Shown in pieces: positions 1 to 11,857 of a stretch of DNA of 64,000 bases (within the stretch, counting starts at the first letter, position 1; each line of letters opens with the position of its first letter). The notes under the pieces are model-generated. The model did no database searches, was not told where the DNA came from, and saw only the letters and a program-made list of their open reading frames with translations. The DNA is from Mantamonas sphyraenae STR306 (Eukaryota > Protista > CRuMs): contig JAPMXV010000032.1 in NCBI GenBank assembly GCA_026936335.1, positions 310,001 to 374,000 of the forward strand, in the 5' to 3' direction. Made by a program: the position numbers and the translations under genes.

Positions 1-2373
1 GACCCTGTCACGCGCCTCCTGTTGCTCCTTGGCACGCACCTCCTTTGCTGTCAGCCGTGTTTGTTTGCCGCCCTCGTTGCTGCCATTGCTTGCCCTGCTG
101 CTCGCTCGTGTGCCTGCCACCGCTGCCTTCTTTCGCTTCACCTTCTTCTTGCCCCCCGCCTCGCTGCCACCGCCTCCACGAGAGGGACCTGCAGCAGCTG
201 GTGCCCCACCTCGGCTGGCTCGTGACACACGCGATCCCTTGGAGGCACGAGAGGCCTTGGAGGCCCTGGACGCAACCGAGGCCTTGTCGTCCTCCGGGTC
301 GTTGGCGTTGCCGGCGCTGTTGCGTGATGCTGCAGCGCCTGCGCCGCGTTCGGGAATCTCCAGGCCCAGGTTCTTGTACAACTGCTCCCTGTTGCGTTGG
401 GCCTCACGTTGGGCCTCGACGTAATCGTAGGCGGCAGCTTGTTGGGCTTCGGCCTCTTGTTGCAGTTTGCGTGCTGCGCGTTCGGCCCTGCGCTGTTCGC
501 GCTGTTGTTGCTCTTCCTCCTCGCGCAGCTGACGCTCCTGTGCCTCTGCCTCGCGTGCCAACACCCCTCGATTGGCCTGTTCCACCTTTGCATGGTTGCG
601 TTGTGCCTCCGATTGCATGTCATTCCACAGTTTCTTGCGCATCTCCCGCAGCTCGTCCTCCTTGTCATTGGCCACCTCCACCTGTTCGTGGTTTGCCTGG
701 CCACACGCAATTCCACCTCGGCGTCGTCTTTGTTGCCACCAGCACCACCAGCACCACCAGCACCGTCGGTCAGCTGCCTGTCCCACGGCACGCCTCCACC
801 GTACTGCTGCTCCATGTAGCGCTGTCTGTTCTGTGCCGCCTGTGCCTTGCCCTGCAGGTAGATTTGCTGCCGTTCCCGCGCCTCCTGCTGCCGCCTGGCC
901 TCGGCCGCACGCAACTTCTCCTGATGCTCGCGCACCAAACGCACACGTGCCTCTTCCATCCTCTCTGCCTCTGCCTGCTGCTTGCGAAACGCCGCCTGAC
1001 GTGCCTTGAGCCGTTCCATCTTTTTCCGCTGCAAATCCACCATCTGCTGGTAGTCCGCATTGTTGTCCTCCCACTTTTTGTTGTCCTCCTCCTTGGCCGC
1101 CTTTCCCTGTGCTTGTGCCTGTTTGCCCTTGGCATCTTCACTGCTGTTGTTGCTGTTGCTGCTGCTGCTGCTGCTGCTGCCTCCTTCGTCCTTGCTGTTG
1201 CGCTTGCCCAGGTCTTTGGGCAGACCCTTCTTGAGCTTGAGGACGTCCTGGTGCAACACCGTGTGCGAAAACTCGTCCTGGTGAACGGTGTCGGAAAGGA
1301 AGCTCTGGATGCGGGCCTTGATGAAGGGTTTGCGCAAGATCTGGTTGACGGACGGCCGCTGATCCGGGTTCTTCTTCAGCATGGAGGCAATGAGGTCGCG
1401 CAAGTCGTCGCTGTAGTAGCGTGGAATGGGCGGGTAGATGCCACGCAGGATCTTGAGCACCAATCCCTTCATGTTGTTTGCGTCAAAGGCGTGCTTCAGT
1501 GTGGTCAACTCGTACAACACACAGCCCAGCGACCACACATCCGACTTGTGGTTGTACGGCTTGCTTTCGCAAATCTCGGGCGAAAGGTAGTACGGTGTCC
1601 CAATGGCCGTTTCCGCCTGTTCCATCGTCGATTCCAACACACGGGCAATGCCAAAGTCGCCCAGCTTCACCACCCCCTTCGACGTCAGAAAGATGTTCTG
1701 GCCCTTGATATCTCGGTGCAGGATCTTGCGGTCGTGTACATGCTTCAGTGCCAGGCAAATTTGTACAAACCAGTCGATGATTTTCTGTTCAGGGCGGCGG
1801 CGGGGCAGGTGTGAGTGAGTGCGCCGGTGAAATGAGACAGAGTGGCAGCCGGCAAAAGGGAAGCGTCTACAGACACTATAGATGGCATGCATGAGGCCAT
1901 GCAAGGAGTGTGCATATGCAAACGGAGGAATGACAGGCTAGGACAGGAGGAGATGTGTGCGGCGTGTGTGTGTGTGCGTGTGTGCGGGGAGGGAAGGGAG
2001 GGCGGAGCCAAGCGGGCGGACAGAAACGCACCTCTTCGCTAAACTTGACGCCGCGCTGCTTCTCGATGAGATTGCTGAGGTCGCCACCGTCGCAGTAATC
2101 CATGAGGATGTAGAGCTTGCCTCGTTCCATGGCCGAGTCTTCGTAGCTGACGATGTTGGGGTGCTTGAGGTAGGCGAGGATCTGCACCTCCTTCAGGGCC
2201 TCCTCGCGTTCCTCCTTGGAACAGCGGCTGATGTCCATTTCCTTGACCACGTGCAACTTCTTGTCCTGCTTGCCACGCACAAGGATCGCCTTGCCGTACG
2301 AGCCCTTGCCAATGACTTTGACGCGTGTGAACTGCGACATGAACGTCGCTTTCTTCGGCTGCGCTCGCGACAT
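1..2373 (-). CDS. NIMA-related (NEK1-like) Ser/Thr kinase with coiled-coil/low-complexity tail; 3' end runs off the window
   Basis: [36 protein letters not shown] and KSDVWSLG motifs. Intron 1785-2031 (GTGCGT...GAACAG) joins FSEE|KIIDWF in frame. Apparent 1-nt frameshift in an A run near 692-694. Confidence 0.92.
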
Positions 2374-2420
2374 TCCTTTGTGCTTTTGGCTGCGACGGCG
2401 CGCGATTGCCGCCAGCGCAA
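2374..2420. promoter_or_regulatory. Putative minimal bidirectional promoter (NEK / RBM26-like)
   Basis: Only 47 bp between the two divergent inferred start codons. Confidence 0.5.
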
Positions 2421-5176
2421 ATGAGTGAGAGCGAGGTCAAGCAGCACGTCATTGGCCTGCTGGAGCAGTAGTGAGTAGAGAGAGAGAGGGAGGGTGTGGG
2501 TGTGTGTGTGTGTGCGAGAGAGAGTGTGTGTGCGGGCGGGGAGAAAGGGGAGGCAGGTACCGGAAGCGGACCACTGTGTGTGTTTAGGGTGGACACACAC
2601 GACGAACGGGATGGTGGAATGCGTGGTGGGCTCGGGGAATTGGGTTGGGAAAGGGGAACCGGGTGTGTTGGGGGTTGGATTGGGAAGCTGACGCGGATCT
2701 CTTGTGCGCGCGCTCGGTCTCGCCTTCCGGGTTGTCGTCACACACTCACAGTGCGGAGAATGCGGAGCGGATGGGTTCGTACGTGATGCAGATCTTGTCA
2801 ACAAACAAGGCGACATCTGCGGAGCAGTTGCGGCAGGCGTTGCAGAGCGAGCTGTCGGACAGGCTGGAAGATGGTGGGTGCATGGGTGGCGGGCTGGTGC
2901 GGGTGGAGATTCCGCCTCTTTCAAGAGCAAGACACCATGGGTTGGTGGCGTAGCACACACAGAGCACAGAGCACACAGCACAGGCAGACTTGGGGGGGCT
3001 GACACACAAGGGACGGACGGGTTGCACAGACACGGATGCGTTTGTGGACGCGCTGGTGAAATACCTGGGCAGGTTGGGCTGGCTGGCAACCCCTGCTGTG
3101 GAGCCGAACCAGGGGGCAGGAGGATGGCAGGATCAGCAACATCAGCAGCAGGGACGCAAACGATCACGTTCGCAATCGCCCGAGAGGGACACAGGGTATG
3201 CCCAGGGTGGGGATGAAAAGCGACAACGCTCAGGCGCAGGCGGGTACGGGATCATGGTGATGCAGGGCCAGGGACGCCAGGCACAGGGGTCGCATGCAGG
3301 AGATGGCACACGAGAAAGCCAACCACAGAATCATCACCATCATCATCCACAGCAACATCATCAGCAGCAGCACTCGCAGATGGGAATGCCAGTGCATGGG
3401 ATGCATGGTGGAGGACGCGGTGGGATGTCGATGCGTGGAGGGCGTGGACGCGGGTATGAACAGCATCCACGACGTGGGAGTGGGCCGACAGCAGGGCCTG
3501 CAGCAAGTGGAGGAGGAGGAGGAGGAGGAGGAGGAGGGGGATTCCAGAGGAGTGCCAGCAACAAGCCGACACGAGGGAACACCAACCTGGTGGTGACGGG
3601 CATCCCCAGGGAGGATAACAACATTATGGCGTTGATGAAGCACTTTCAGGAGTTTGGCACGGTGAAGAACGTGCGTGTGGAACCGGATGCGTCGGAGGCA
3701 CTGGTGTCGTTTTCCAATCACCACGAGGCGGTGACTGCGTGGCGGTCGCCCAAAGCGGTGTGTGACAATCGCTTCATCAAAGTGTTTTGGGCGGATGAAA
3801 AGCTGTTGGAGCGTGGGGGCGCCGGGGCCACGGTGATGGCACGTGAGATTCGCGACGGCGCAGACTCCAGCGGGGTCAAGGACGATATGTTGGAACGTGC
3901 CGATCAGCTGTTGCAATCGCCACAGGCGCAGTCGCACTCACACCACGGGGCCGGGGGACGTGGAGGACGCGGAGGGCGTGGAGGACGCGGTGGACGAGGA
4001 GGTGGGCGTGGAGGCGGACGTGGTGTGCCCGTGAACACACGCATTGTGAACACAGAAGAGATGAAGAAGCGAGAAATGCGCGCGTTGAACCAGGAGATTC
4101 AGGCACGCAAGCAGGCGTTGATCCAGAAGCAGATTGCCGCGCAGAACGAGCTGATCAAATCGCTGGCAGACAAGTCTCTGAGCGAGGAAGAGCGCAAGAG
4201 GATCAAGGACAACATCAACAAGGTGAATAACGCCATTGCCGAGTCGTTGAAGCAGGACATGGCGCAGTTGGAGAAGAAGGGGGAGGCAGCAACAAACAAC
4301 AGCAACAGCAACAGCAGCAGCAGCAGCAGCGGGATGGAGAAGGACACACAAGAACAAGCTGGAGCAGGAGAAGGAGCAGGAGCAACACAGGATGGAGAAA
4401 AGAAGGAGGTGGAAGTGGTGGTGGAGACTGAGGGGGCAGCAAAGGAGCAGGAGCAGGACGCAGGGACTGTAGAGGCAAAAGAGCCGTCGCAGTTGGAAGT
4501 GCTCAAGGCAAAGCTGAAGAAACTGAAGGACGAGGCAAAGGAGATGGGCATTGAAGAGGGGGCGGGACGTGGAGGAGGACGTGGAGGGGCCCGTGGAGGG
4601 CGTGGGGGAGGACGCGGGCGTGGACGTGGGCAGGCTCGGCCGAGGATGAATCTGGACCACCGGCCGACGCAGGTGAGTGTGGCCAACATCCCGGAGAAGC
4701 TGCAGAGGGAAAGTGTGATCCGGCCGCTGATGGCACGGTTTGGAGCGGTGACGGAGTTGGAGATGCAGGACAACGGGGTGGCGTTGGTGACGTTTGGCAC
4801 GAGACGCAGCGCCGAGCAGGCCATGGCTAATAACGTGGTGGGCAATGCGGTGTTTGACATCCAATGGCACGACGGCACCAGTGGGGCCGGTGGAGCGGGT
4901 GCAACGGATGATCGTGATGATCAACAGTTTGAAGATGCCAAGGAGACAGCAGCATCGACGTCGAGAACGAACTCGAACACGACCACGACCACGACCACGA
5001 CCACATCATCATCAAGTGGCAAGAGCACACCAAGTGGAGAGGGAAAGAAGAAGCAACAGCAGCAGCAGGAAACGGAAGTGGTTGTTTATCACGACGAGCA
5101 CGACGACGGAGAAACGGCGGTGGACTATGGAGATGACGACGATGATGATGACGAGGATGGAGGTTGGAGGCGTTGA
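2421..5176 (+). CDS. RBM26/RBM27-like RNA-binding protein (PWI-like N-terminus, two RRMs, RGG boxes)
   Basis: Exons about 2421-2470 (MSESEVKQHVIGLLEQ), 2752-2873 and 3030-5176. RRM1 NNIMALMKHFQEFGTV...DNRFIKVFW is typical of RBM26/27; RRM2 LDHRPTQVSV...FGTRRSAEQA; many RGG repeats. Confidence 0.8.
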
Positions 5177-5240
5177 GGAGATTGGAACAGTTGGTGCAGA
5201 AGATGATTGCGAAGGGGAAAAGTGGGACCGTTTCTCAGCG

Positions 5241-6008
5241 TCAGCGGAGGGCAGCCGAACAAATAGACACAGTGATAACGACACCGAGGACATCCATGCT
5301 GGTGGCGAGGATGGGGGCGGCTGAATTGGCAGCGTTGAGGCCGAGGCGTTTGAGGAGCATGGGGATCATGCAGCCGAGAAGCATGCTGACCATGACAATG
5401 AAAAACAGGGACAACCCAATGGCAAAGCAGGCCTGAAGGTCACCATGCGAGAGGTAGACCCGCGCAATGGCGACGAGAGTGAGCACAGAGGCACATACGG
5501 CGGCCATGGAGAGTTCGCGGAGAAGCAGACGTCGGAAAGAGCGTGCCGAGTCGTCCACCTCACCCAGGGTGATGCTCTGGACAACCAAGGCTGTGGCTTG
5601 GTTGCCTGCGTTTCCACCTGTGCCAATGAGCATGGTGAGGAAGGTGGCAATGACCAGGTTTTCGGAAAGGAGGTCCTGGTAGGCGTCGAGAACAATGCCA
5701 GCAAAGGATTGAAGGATCATGAGCCCCACCAGCCACACCAGACGACTGGTAAGAAGGGTGGCAAAGGGTGTGTTGAAATAGGACTGCTCTGCACCGTCGT
5801 CGCCTGCGAGATCGCCGCCGTGAGTGCGGGCCAGTTCCTTGTTGAGCCAGCCGCTGAGGCCCATGCGCTCCTTCAGAGGAACCGACGCAAGCAAACGGCG
5901 CATTTCTTGTTTGACCACTGTGGTGGATGACGACACATCTGAAGCGTGCGAGGAAACCGATGACGTGGACGCCGCGGACGACGCCACAGCGCGGCGCTTT
6001 TTCAACAT
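5241..6008 (-). CDS. MgtE-family Mg2+ transporter (membrane domain only, no CBS pair)
   Basis: RLVWLVGLMILQS, GTGGNAGNQ and APILATSMDVLG signature motifs; five hydrophobic helices. ATG at 6008 inferred. Confidence 0.85.
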   Translation of the reverse strand: MLKKRRAVASSAASTSSVSSHASDVSSSTTVVKQEMRRLLASVPLKERMGLSGWLNKELARTHGGDLAGDDGAEQSYFNTPFATLLTSRLVWLVGLMILQSFAGIVLDAYQDLLSENLVIATFLTMLIGTGGNAGNQATALVVQSITLGEVDDSARSFRRLLLRELSMAAVCASVLTLVAIARVYLSHGDLQACFAIGLSLFFIVMVSMLLGCMIPMLLKRLGLNAANSAAPILATSMDVLGVVITVSICSAALR

Positions 6009-6048
6009 GGGCGAGACGACGACCAAAGGTTAGGTTGGCGAAAGGTGG

Positions 6049-6113
6049 GCACGACATGAACACAATGGAAACCATGCGTGCACGACATGAACACAATGGA
6101 AACCATGCGTGCA
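6049..6113. repeat. 31-bp direct tandem repeat, two copies, intergenic
   Basis: GCACGACATGAACACAATGGAAACCATGCGT occurs twice back to back between the GST stop and the MgtE start. Confidence 0.9.
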
Positions 6114-6144
6114 AACCCCGATTGCATTTTGTTTGGCACACGCA

Positions 6145-6929
6145 TCACTGCTTCTGCTTGCCCGTGAAGCGGTCGCTGACGATGTACTCGGCAATCTTTT
6201 CGCGGGCCAGAAAGCGGTCGTGGAAGTCTTGAGCCTTGGGGAAGTTGTCAGCCACAAGCTTCTGCATGCCCTCCTCGCCACCGGGAGCTGCATCCTTGAA
6301 ACCGTTGTAGACGGAGTCGAGGACGGCAAACAACTTGAAGTCAGCGTACGAGATGTTGTCACCAAGGAGGTAGTCACCCTTCAGGTTGTCGTTGAAAGCA
6401 CGCAGGTACTTGGGGAAGGACACCTCCCAGTAAGCTTTGCTCTTGTCCTCGTCGTCGCTGCGACCCTTCGAATAGAAGCTGGTGATCAGATCCTCGATGG
6501 CGTTCAGGATGGAATTGAGGCGTGCAGCCTCCTTGACGCTGGGTGCAGAGTAGCTGGTGGCGTACTCGTCAGCCAGGTACTGGAGGATGACATTGGAGTC
6601 GCCCAAGACAAAGTCTCCGTCGTTGATCACCGGCAGCGTGCCAAACGGACAGGCATCGCTGACCTTGAACTCGCTCCATCCATCCGTGATGAACTTGTTC
6701 TCGTAAGGAATGCCTGCGTCCTCGCACAGCATGCGCACGGGTTCGCCTCTGCCGGAAGGCGGAATCGTTGGTGGCCGGGAGCCATGTCGATTTTTTGTGT
6801 GAGCGAAGCGGAAGCCTCCCAAACGGATGCCTATGTGCACGAAGGCCATGTTGGGGAAATCCAGTCGCACACTCACCGGCCAGGGAACTTCCAGTAGGTG
6901 ACGACGATGGGGGTCTGGGGGGTGGACAT
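6145..6929 (-). CDS. Glutathione S-transferase (Tyr-type, sigma/pi/mu-like)
   Basis: Exon 1 MSTPQTPIVVTYWKFPGR (6877-6929), intron 6749-6876 (GTGAGT...GGCAG), then GEPVRML...PFGTLPVI...DSNVILQYL...YLLGDNISYADF. Confidence 0.93.
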
Positions 6930-7173
6930 CTGTGTGTGTGCAGCCCCGTGTGGTGGCCGGAATGTTTTCCGCGCACTGCGGGTCAGCCAGGAGAACGCAG
7001 AGAACGCGGATGGAGTGGAGAGCATGGAAAAGGTGTCATGTGTGACTGTTTGGGACGCACAGTACTCTTTCTTGAATGTGTTTTTCAGGTGGACCTCTCA
7101 GCGGGCTTTGCCCCAACAAACAACACACTGGGTACCCGTGGACAAGCAAGCAGACAAGCAGCACCCGTTCCTC

Positions 7174-9364
7174 TCAACTCCTTTCCAGACCAGCGACAAG
7201 GTTAACGAGCTGGTCGATCTGGCGCTGCTGCTCTGCGAGCATGCGCGTGATCTTCTCGAGCTGCTCTGTCTGTAGATCGTCGACGAGTTTCTGCTGCTCC
7301 TCCTCGTCCAACACATTGTCGTTGTTCTGGTCGTACCTGCGTAGCAACTCCTCGCCCGTGTCGGCCTGGAGGAGGTCGCGCGTAGCCTGTGAGTGTGCGG
7401 CGACCACAGTGTCGAGTTCGGCCCTGTCCAGGACGCGGTCGTTGTTCACGTCGGCTGTGGCCAAGCCCTCCTGCAATTCGTGGGCCTCTTCCGATTGCTT
7501 CTGGAAGAAGGAGGCGACACGTTTGCGAAGATCGGGAAACAGGCCTTCGTCGGCAGGTGCGCGCATGTCTTCGTCGCGTACGCGAGAGTAGCTGTCGTTG
7601 ACGATGGCAAGGAACATGTTGAGGAGGACAAAGATGGCCAGGAAGAGGTAGGTGATGAAGAAAATGGGCGCCGAGATGCGTGCACTGTACTGGAGTTCGC
7701 TAAACTCCAGGTTGCCCAGCAGGCCCAGCAGCAGGCTGAACAGGGCGTCGCCAAAGTTGTTGTAGCCACGCACGTTGCTGCCAAACGAGAGCATGGTGGC
7801 AATGAGGAAGCCGACCAGGATAAAGACAAAGAGGAGCACAAAGGAGAGCAGATCGCCGAGCGAACGGCCCAGCGTGCGATCCAGCTGTGAGAAGGAGCGA
7901 GAAAACACCTGAAGGTACTTGAGGCACTTGAACCACAACAGGAAGCCATTGACAGCCATGACGGCCGACTCAAAGCCCACAGCGGCCTTGAAGCCGCTCA
8001 TGTCCACAAACCCGCTCTCGTCGGGATTCCAGGCAGCCACAGCCGCCGCCAATGCCGTCCTGTTGGCAAAAAAGCAGATGAGGAGGAGGATGTTGACCAT
8101 GTCAAAGTAGTTCCACATGCGAGTGAAGTAGAACCTGCCACCCACCCACAACTCCTGTACCTCGTCCACAATGTATGCCAGCGTGCCCAGGCCCAGCAAG
8201 ATCTCCATGACCCAAATGCCAGCGTCCAGGGTGCGTTCGTACCGGTGCAGGTTGAGGATGGAAAACTCGTACGAGGCCACCACGCTGCCGCTGGCGGGCG
8301 TTTCCACAAACAGCTCCAGGTTGGCATACAGGTTCACGTGAGGGTTGTACACCACCAGGGTGAGGAACACCGCACGGGTTTGAGAATCCACCCAACGGTT
8401 GGCCTTGAGTTCGCCCACCAAATCCAGGAAGGCCTGGCGGTCGCCCCGTGGCAGGGTCACCGAGTAGCCAGAGGCGTCGTACGTCAACAGACGTCCAGCA
8501 GATAGTCCTCCGCCAAGTTCGCCCGCCGTACGGAAACGAAACGCAGAGGCGCTGCGTGTGGCGTTGACCACATTGCTATACGGTGCCGTTTCCTGTGTGA
8601 TGCCCGGTCTGTAGTCTGCAAGGCAGCTGCTGCCGATGTTTTGTGCAAAGCGCCCCACCTTTTGGCACGAGCCCTTTTGCACACGAACCTGCCGCAGCCG
8701 TGGCATCCCCACAAGGTAGTGGTTGCCCAGAATCATGACTTTCCCTGCGTCTGTGTGTGCACCCACGTTCGAAGGCAAAAAGGTGTCAGCAGGCCGTTGT
8801 GCCTCCCGGCCGTTTTCTCACCCAGGGCGACGTACTGCTCAATGGGTTGCCATTGTAATACTCTGTGGGGTAGACACCCTTGGCAACGACTATTTCCAGC
8901 CAGTTGAAGATGTCTTCGTGTTCAGCAATGTCCAGGAAGCCCATGGGCACGCTGTTCTCGTCAAGAAACTGCTCAAACACCAGCACCTCCTTCAGCGATT
9001 GGCCCATTTGGAACTCGTACAGTTGGTTGCGTGTGGAAAGTGCCACGGCGGTGAAGAGGAGCACAAAGCCAAAGTAGCCCACCGTGGCACGCATCTGTGA
9101 CCTGCGATCGCGCTCCTCCAACGATTTGCGCTCCAGCGCGTGTCGTTGCAACGATAGCTTGCGTGCCTCCACATGCACCTTGTGTGCTTTGAACTTGGCC
9201 GTGGCCACAGAGTGTACTCTGTGCAGGTGGCCTCCGTGGTGTGTGGGGCTCCTCCTTCCGCCCCGCTCCTCGTCGTCCCCGGATGCCTGCGCCTCACCAG
9301 GCATCCCTGTGTGGATCGGCTGCACCGCCACCAGCTGTGTTTTGCGGTGTGCATTTGAAGACAT
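7174..9364 (-). CDS. Polycystin-2 (PKD2/TRPP)-like cation channel with two C-terminal EF-hands and a coiled coil
   Basis: LVGMPRLRQVRV, WVDSQTRAVF, WNYFD and LLNMFLAIVNDSYS motifs; EF loops DVNNDRVLDRAE and DQNNDNVLDEEE; short intron about 8751-8835. Confidence 0.9.
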
Positions 9365-9421
9365 TTTGTTCTGAAGTGTTTATGTACAGGGCTGTTTGTT
9401 TGGAATGGAGAGGGCTGCTGC

Positions 9422-11805
9422 TCATTGGCTCTGAAAGAGCTCGTCGCCAAGATCACCCCATCCACCGTCGTCGTCATCATCATCATCGTCGTCATCGTCG
9501 TCATCATCCTCTCCGTCTTCGTTTTCGTCATGTTCTACCCTGGACCTCTTGTTGGCTGTAGTTGTGTCTTGATTCCCATTGTTGTCGTGGTCGTTGTTGT
9601 CGTCGTCGCTCACGTCCTCCATCTGCTCCCGGCTTCGTTTCCTGTTCCCTCCAGTCTGCTCTGCCTGCAGTTGCCGCGACGCACCTGCTTCCTCTTCGTC
9701 ATCATAATCATCATACCCATCCTCCTCCTCCTCCTCGTCGTCGCTGTCCATCTCGAGCAACTCCCTTGCCTCTGCGTCCATGTCAACATCCTCCGTGCTC
9801 TCATCAAAGTGTGATGCAGGCAGCCAGTCGCCTTCGCGAAGGTACTCCAACAGGCTGCGATGGTGGTTGCTGCACAGCTCACCAAACGAGCTGCTGCGTT
9901 CGAAAATCTGTTTCCAGGGCACCCCTGGCTTGCGACCATTGTCCAACTCGGCGTCGCCGAGACCGCTCTCGTCGCCTTCCAGACGATAGAGAGACTCGGG
10001 TTGGCGCACAAAGTAGGCGCTGCTGTCGATGAGCCACTGCAGGGTGACAATCTGCAGGCCGAGGGTGGCAGCGGTGCGTGCTTTGCCTGTTTCGAGGTTG
10101 GCCGCGACCACGTGTGTTGCACCCTTGCTGTTGTTCTCGTCCAATGATACACACGTAGCACCCAGCTCTCGTGCAAGCCTCCAGATGGGGTGGTGTTGCG
10201 GGTAGGGCATGGAGGTGGGGATGACACCTGTAAACACCACCCGGACCCCGGCCAACACCTGCCTCTTCATGTACCCCAACACCTCTTTCACGTCCATCGC
10301 CCCGCTCGGTGTGTTGCCCTCATAATACACGCTATGCACACACTGGATGAGCGGCAGTACGGCCGTCAGCACGCGGTCCTCCTCCGATTTGTACAACGCC
10401 TTTCTTCGTGTGGCGGCGGATGACGAGGACGACGAGGATGACGAGGATGACGACGATGACGATGACTTGTTGCCAAGGCCATTGTCATCGCCGTCGCTTT
10501 GGTGCGTCTCTTCTGTGGTCTGCTGTGCTGTAGTGGAGTCAATGGTGTCTGCGCCGACACGATTGACTTCGTCGGCGCCCTCAAAGAAGATGTACTTGCT
10601 GATGTGGATGAGATTGTCGCTGTTCTCCTGCCACACGTCTCCGTTGTCGTCGAGCACCATGACCATGGAGTCATCGGAGGGAAACACGCGTGAGAGGGCT
10701 TTGCGCAAACGCTTTGTGATGACAGCCTCTTTGCGTGGGTCCCGCGCAATTTGGTCCTTCTCCTCCTCGGTGAAGCAGTCTTCGCGTGTAAAGATGCGCT
10801 GTCCAAAGATGTCGCCTTTGGGATCGACGAGCTTGGCCACCTGCTCGGCGTAGGCTCGGCGACCCATGGTGAAGACGTGGAGCTCGCACAGGCTCTTTGC
10901 GTGGCGCAGAAACTCATACACGCCCGGACGCAACTTGACGTAGTACTGCACACCTTGGGATTCGAACCGATGCAGGTAGAGGTCGTTGTAGCTGCCGTCG
11001 CTGAGGGTGTGTGGTTCGTCCAGGTGCCGTTGCACCAGCGGGTGTTGCGCCTCCACCGTCGTGTGCACCAGGGTCAAATCCAAATCCACAATCAGAGCCA
11101 GCTTGGCCACGGAGCGCAGACGTGACACCATGTCCCGTTGCATGTCCTCTGCACGTCCCGACGTCACCACCAGTGCGTGGTCGCCCGGCAGCGGCGCCAG
11201 TTGCGTCTTGCGTTCCTCCTTCTCCCTCTGCGACAACAGCGTGGTGTCCTGAAAGTTCAGGCCACTCAGCTGCTTGTTGCACAGCAGGCACAGGTCTCCG
11301 TACCGTTCCTGGTGAAAGCAAACCGCCATGTATGCCACGGGTGTTCTAAAACGCGGACACAAGCAAAGTGTCAGAGAGGGGCTCGCAGTGCAAGGGAAAA
11401 AGCGCCTTCCCCGGGCGATACACACACACAACCATTGCACAGGACATGGAAAACACATGCGCACACACATCACACACAATGTAGGATGCACACACGCGCC
11501 ACATAAGCACGTGCGAAGCCACCGGGTGTCTCGAGAGAACACGAGGGAAAGGCGGGCGGGATCACTCACCCCTGTTCGACGTGCTCATGGCTCACAGAGA
11601 GGACAGTTCCTTCGTAAGGCGACTCGAGTTGGCGCACAGACATAAACTCCTGTTCCTTGGCCTTGTCTTCGTCCATGCGGATGGTTGCGATGATCTGCGT
11701 CTTTTTCACCTCGTCTCCTTCCTTGACCAGCCATTCCACCACTTCGCCACTCTGCCTCTGTGGCAAAAACACCTCTTCCTTGCTCCTGCCGGGTTCCAGA
11801 CTCAT
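9422..11805 (-). CDS. FCP1: RNA polymerase II CTD phosphatase FCP1/CTDP1 (lipoyl-like N-terminus, FCPH HAD domain, BRCT)
   Basis: LIVDLDLTLVH catalytic DxDxT; VKLRPG, HVFTMGRRAYA, LDDNGDVW; BRCT VVFTGVIP...THVVA...QWL. Exon 1 11570-11805, intron to about 11346. Confidence 0.92.
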
Positions 11806-11857
11806 GACACGTTGGCACGGTGGGCGCGCCAGCAGCCACACCCCATTCATTCTCTCC

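Noticed and set aside
6049-6113. CRISPR-like repeat
   Set aside because: Only two adjacent copies, no spacer, eukaryotic context, no cas genes.
11570-11805. Separate biotinyl/lipoyl-carrier gene
   Set aside because: It splices in frame onto FCP1, whose orthologs have a lipoyl-like N-terminal domain.
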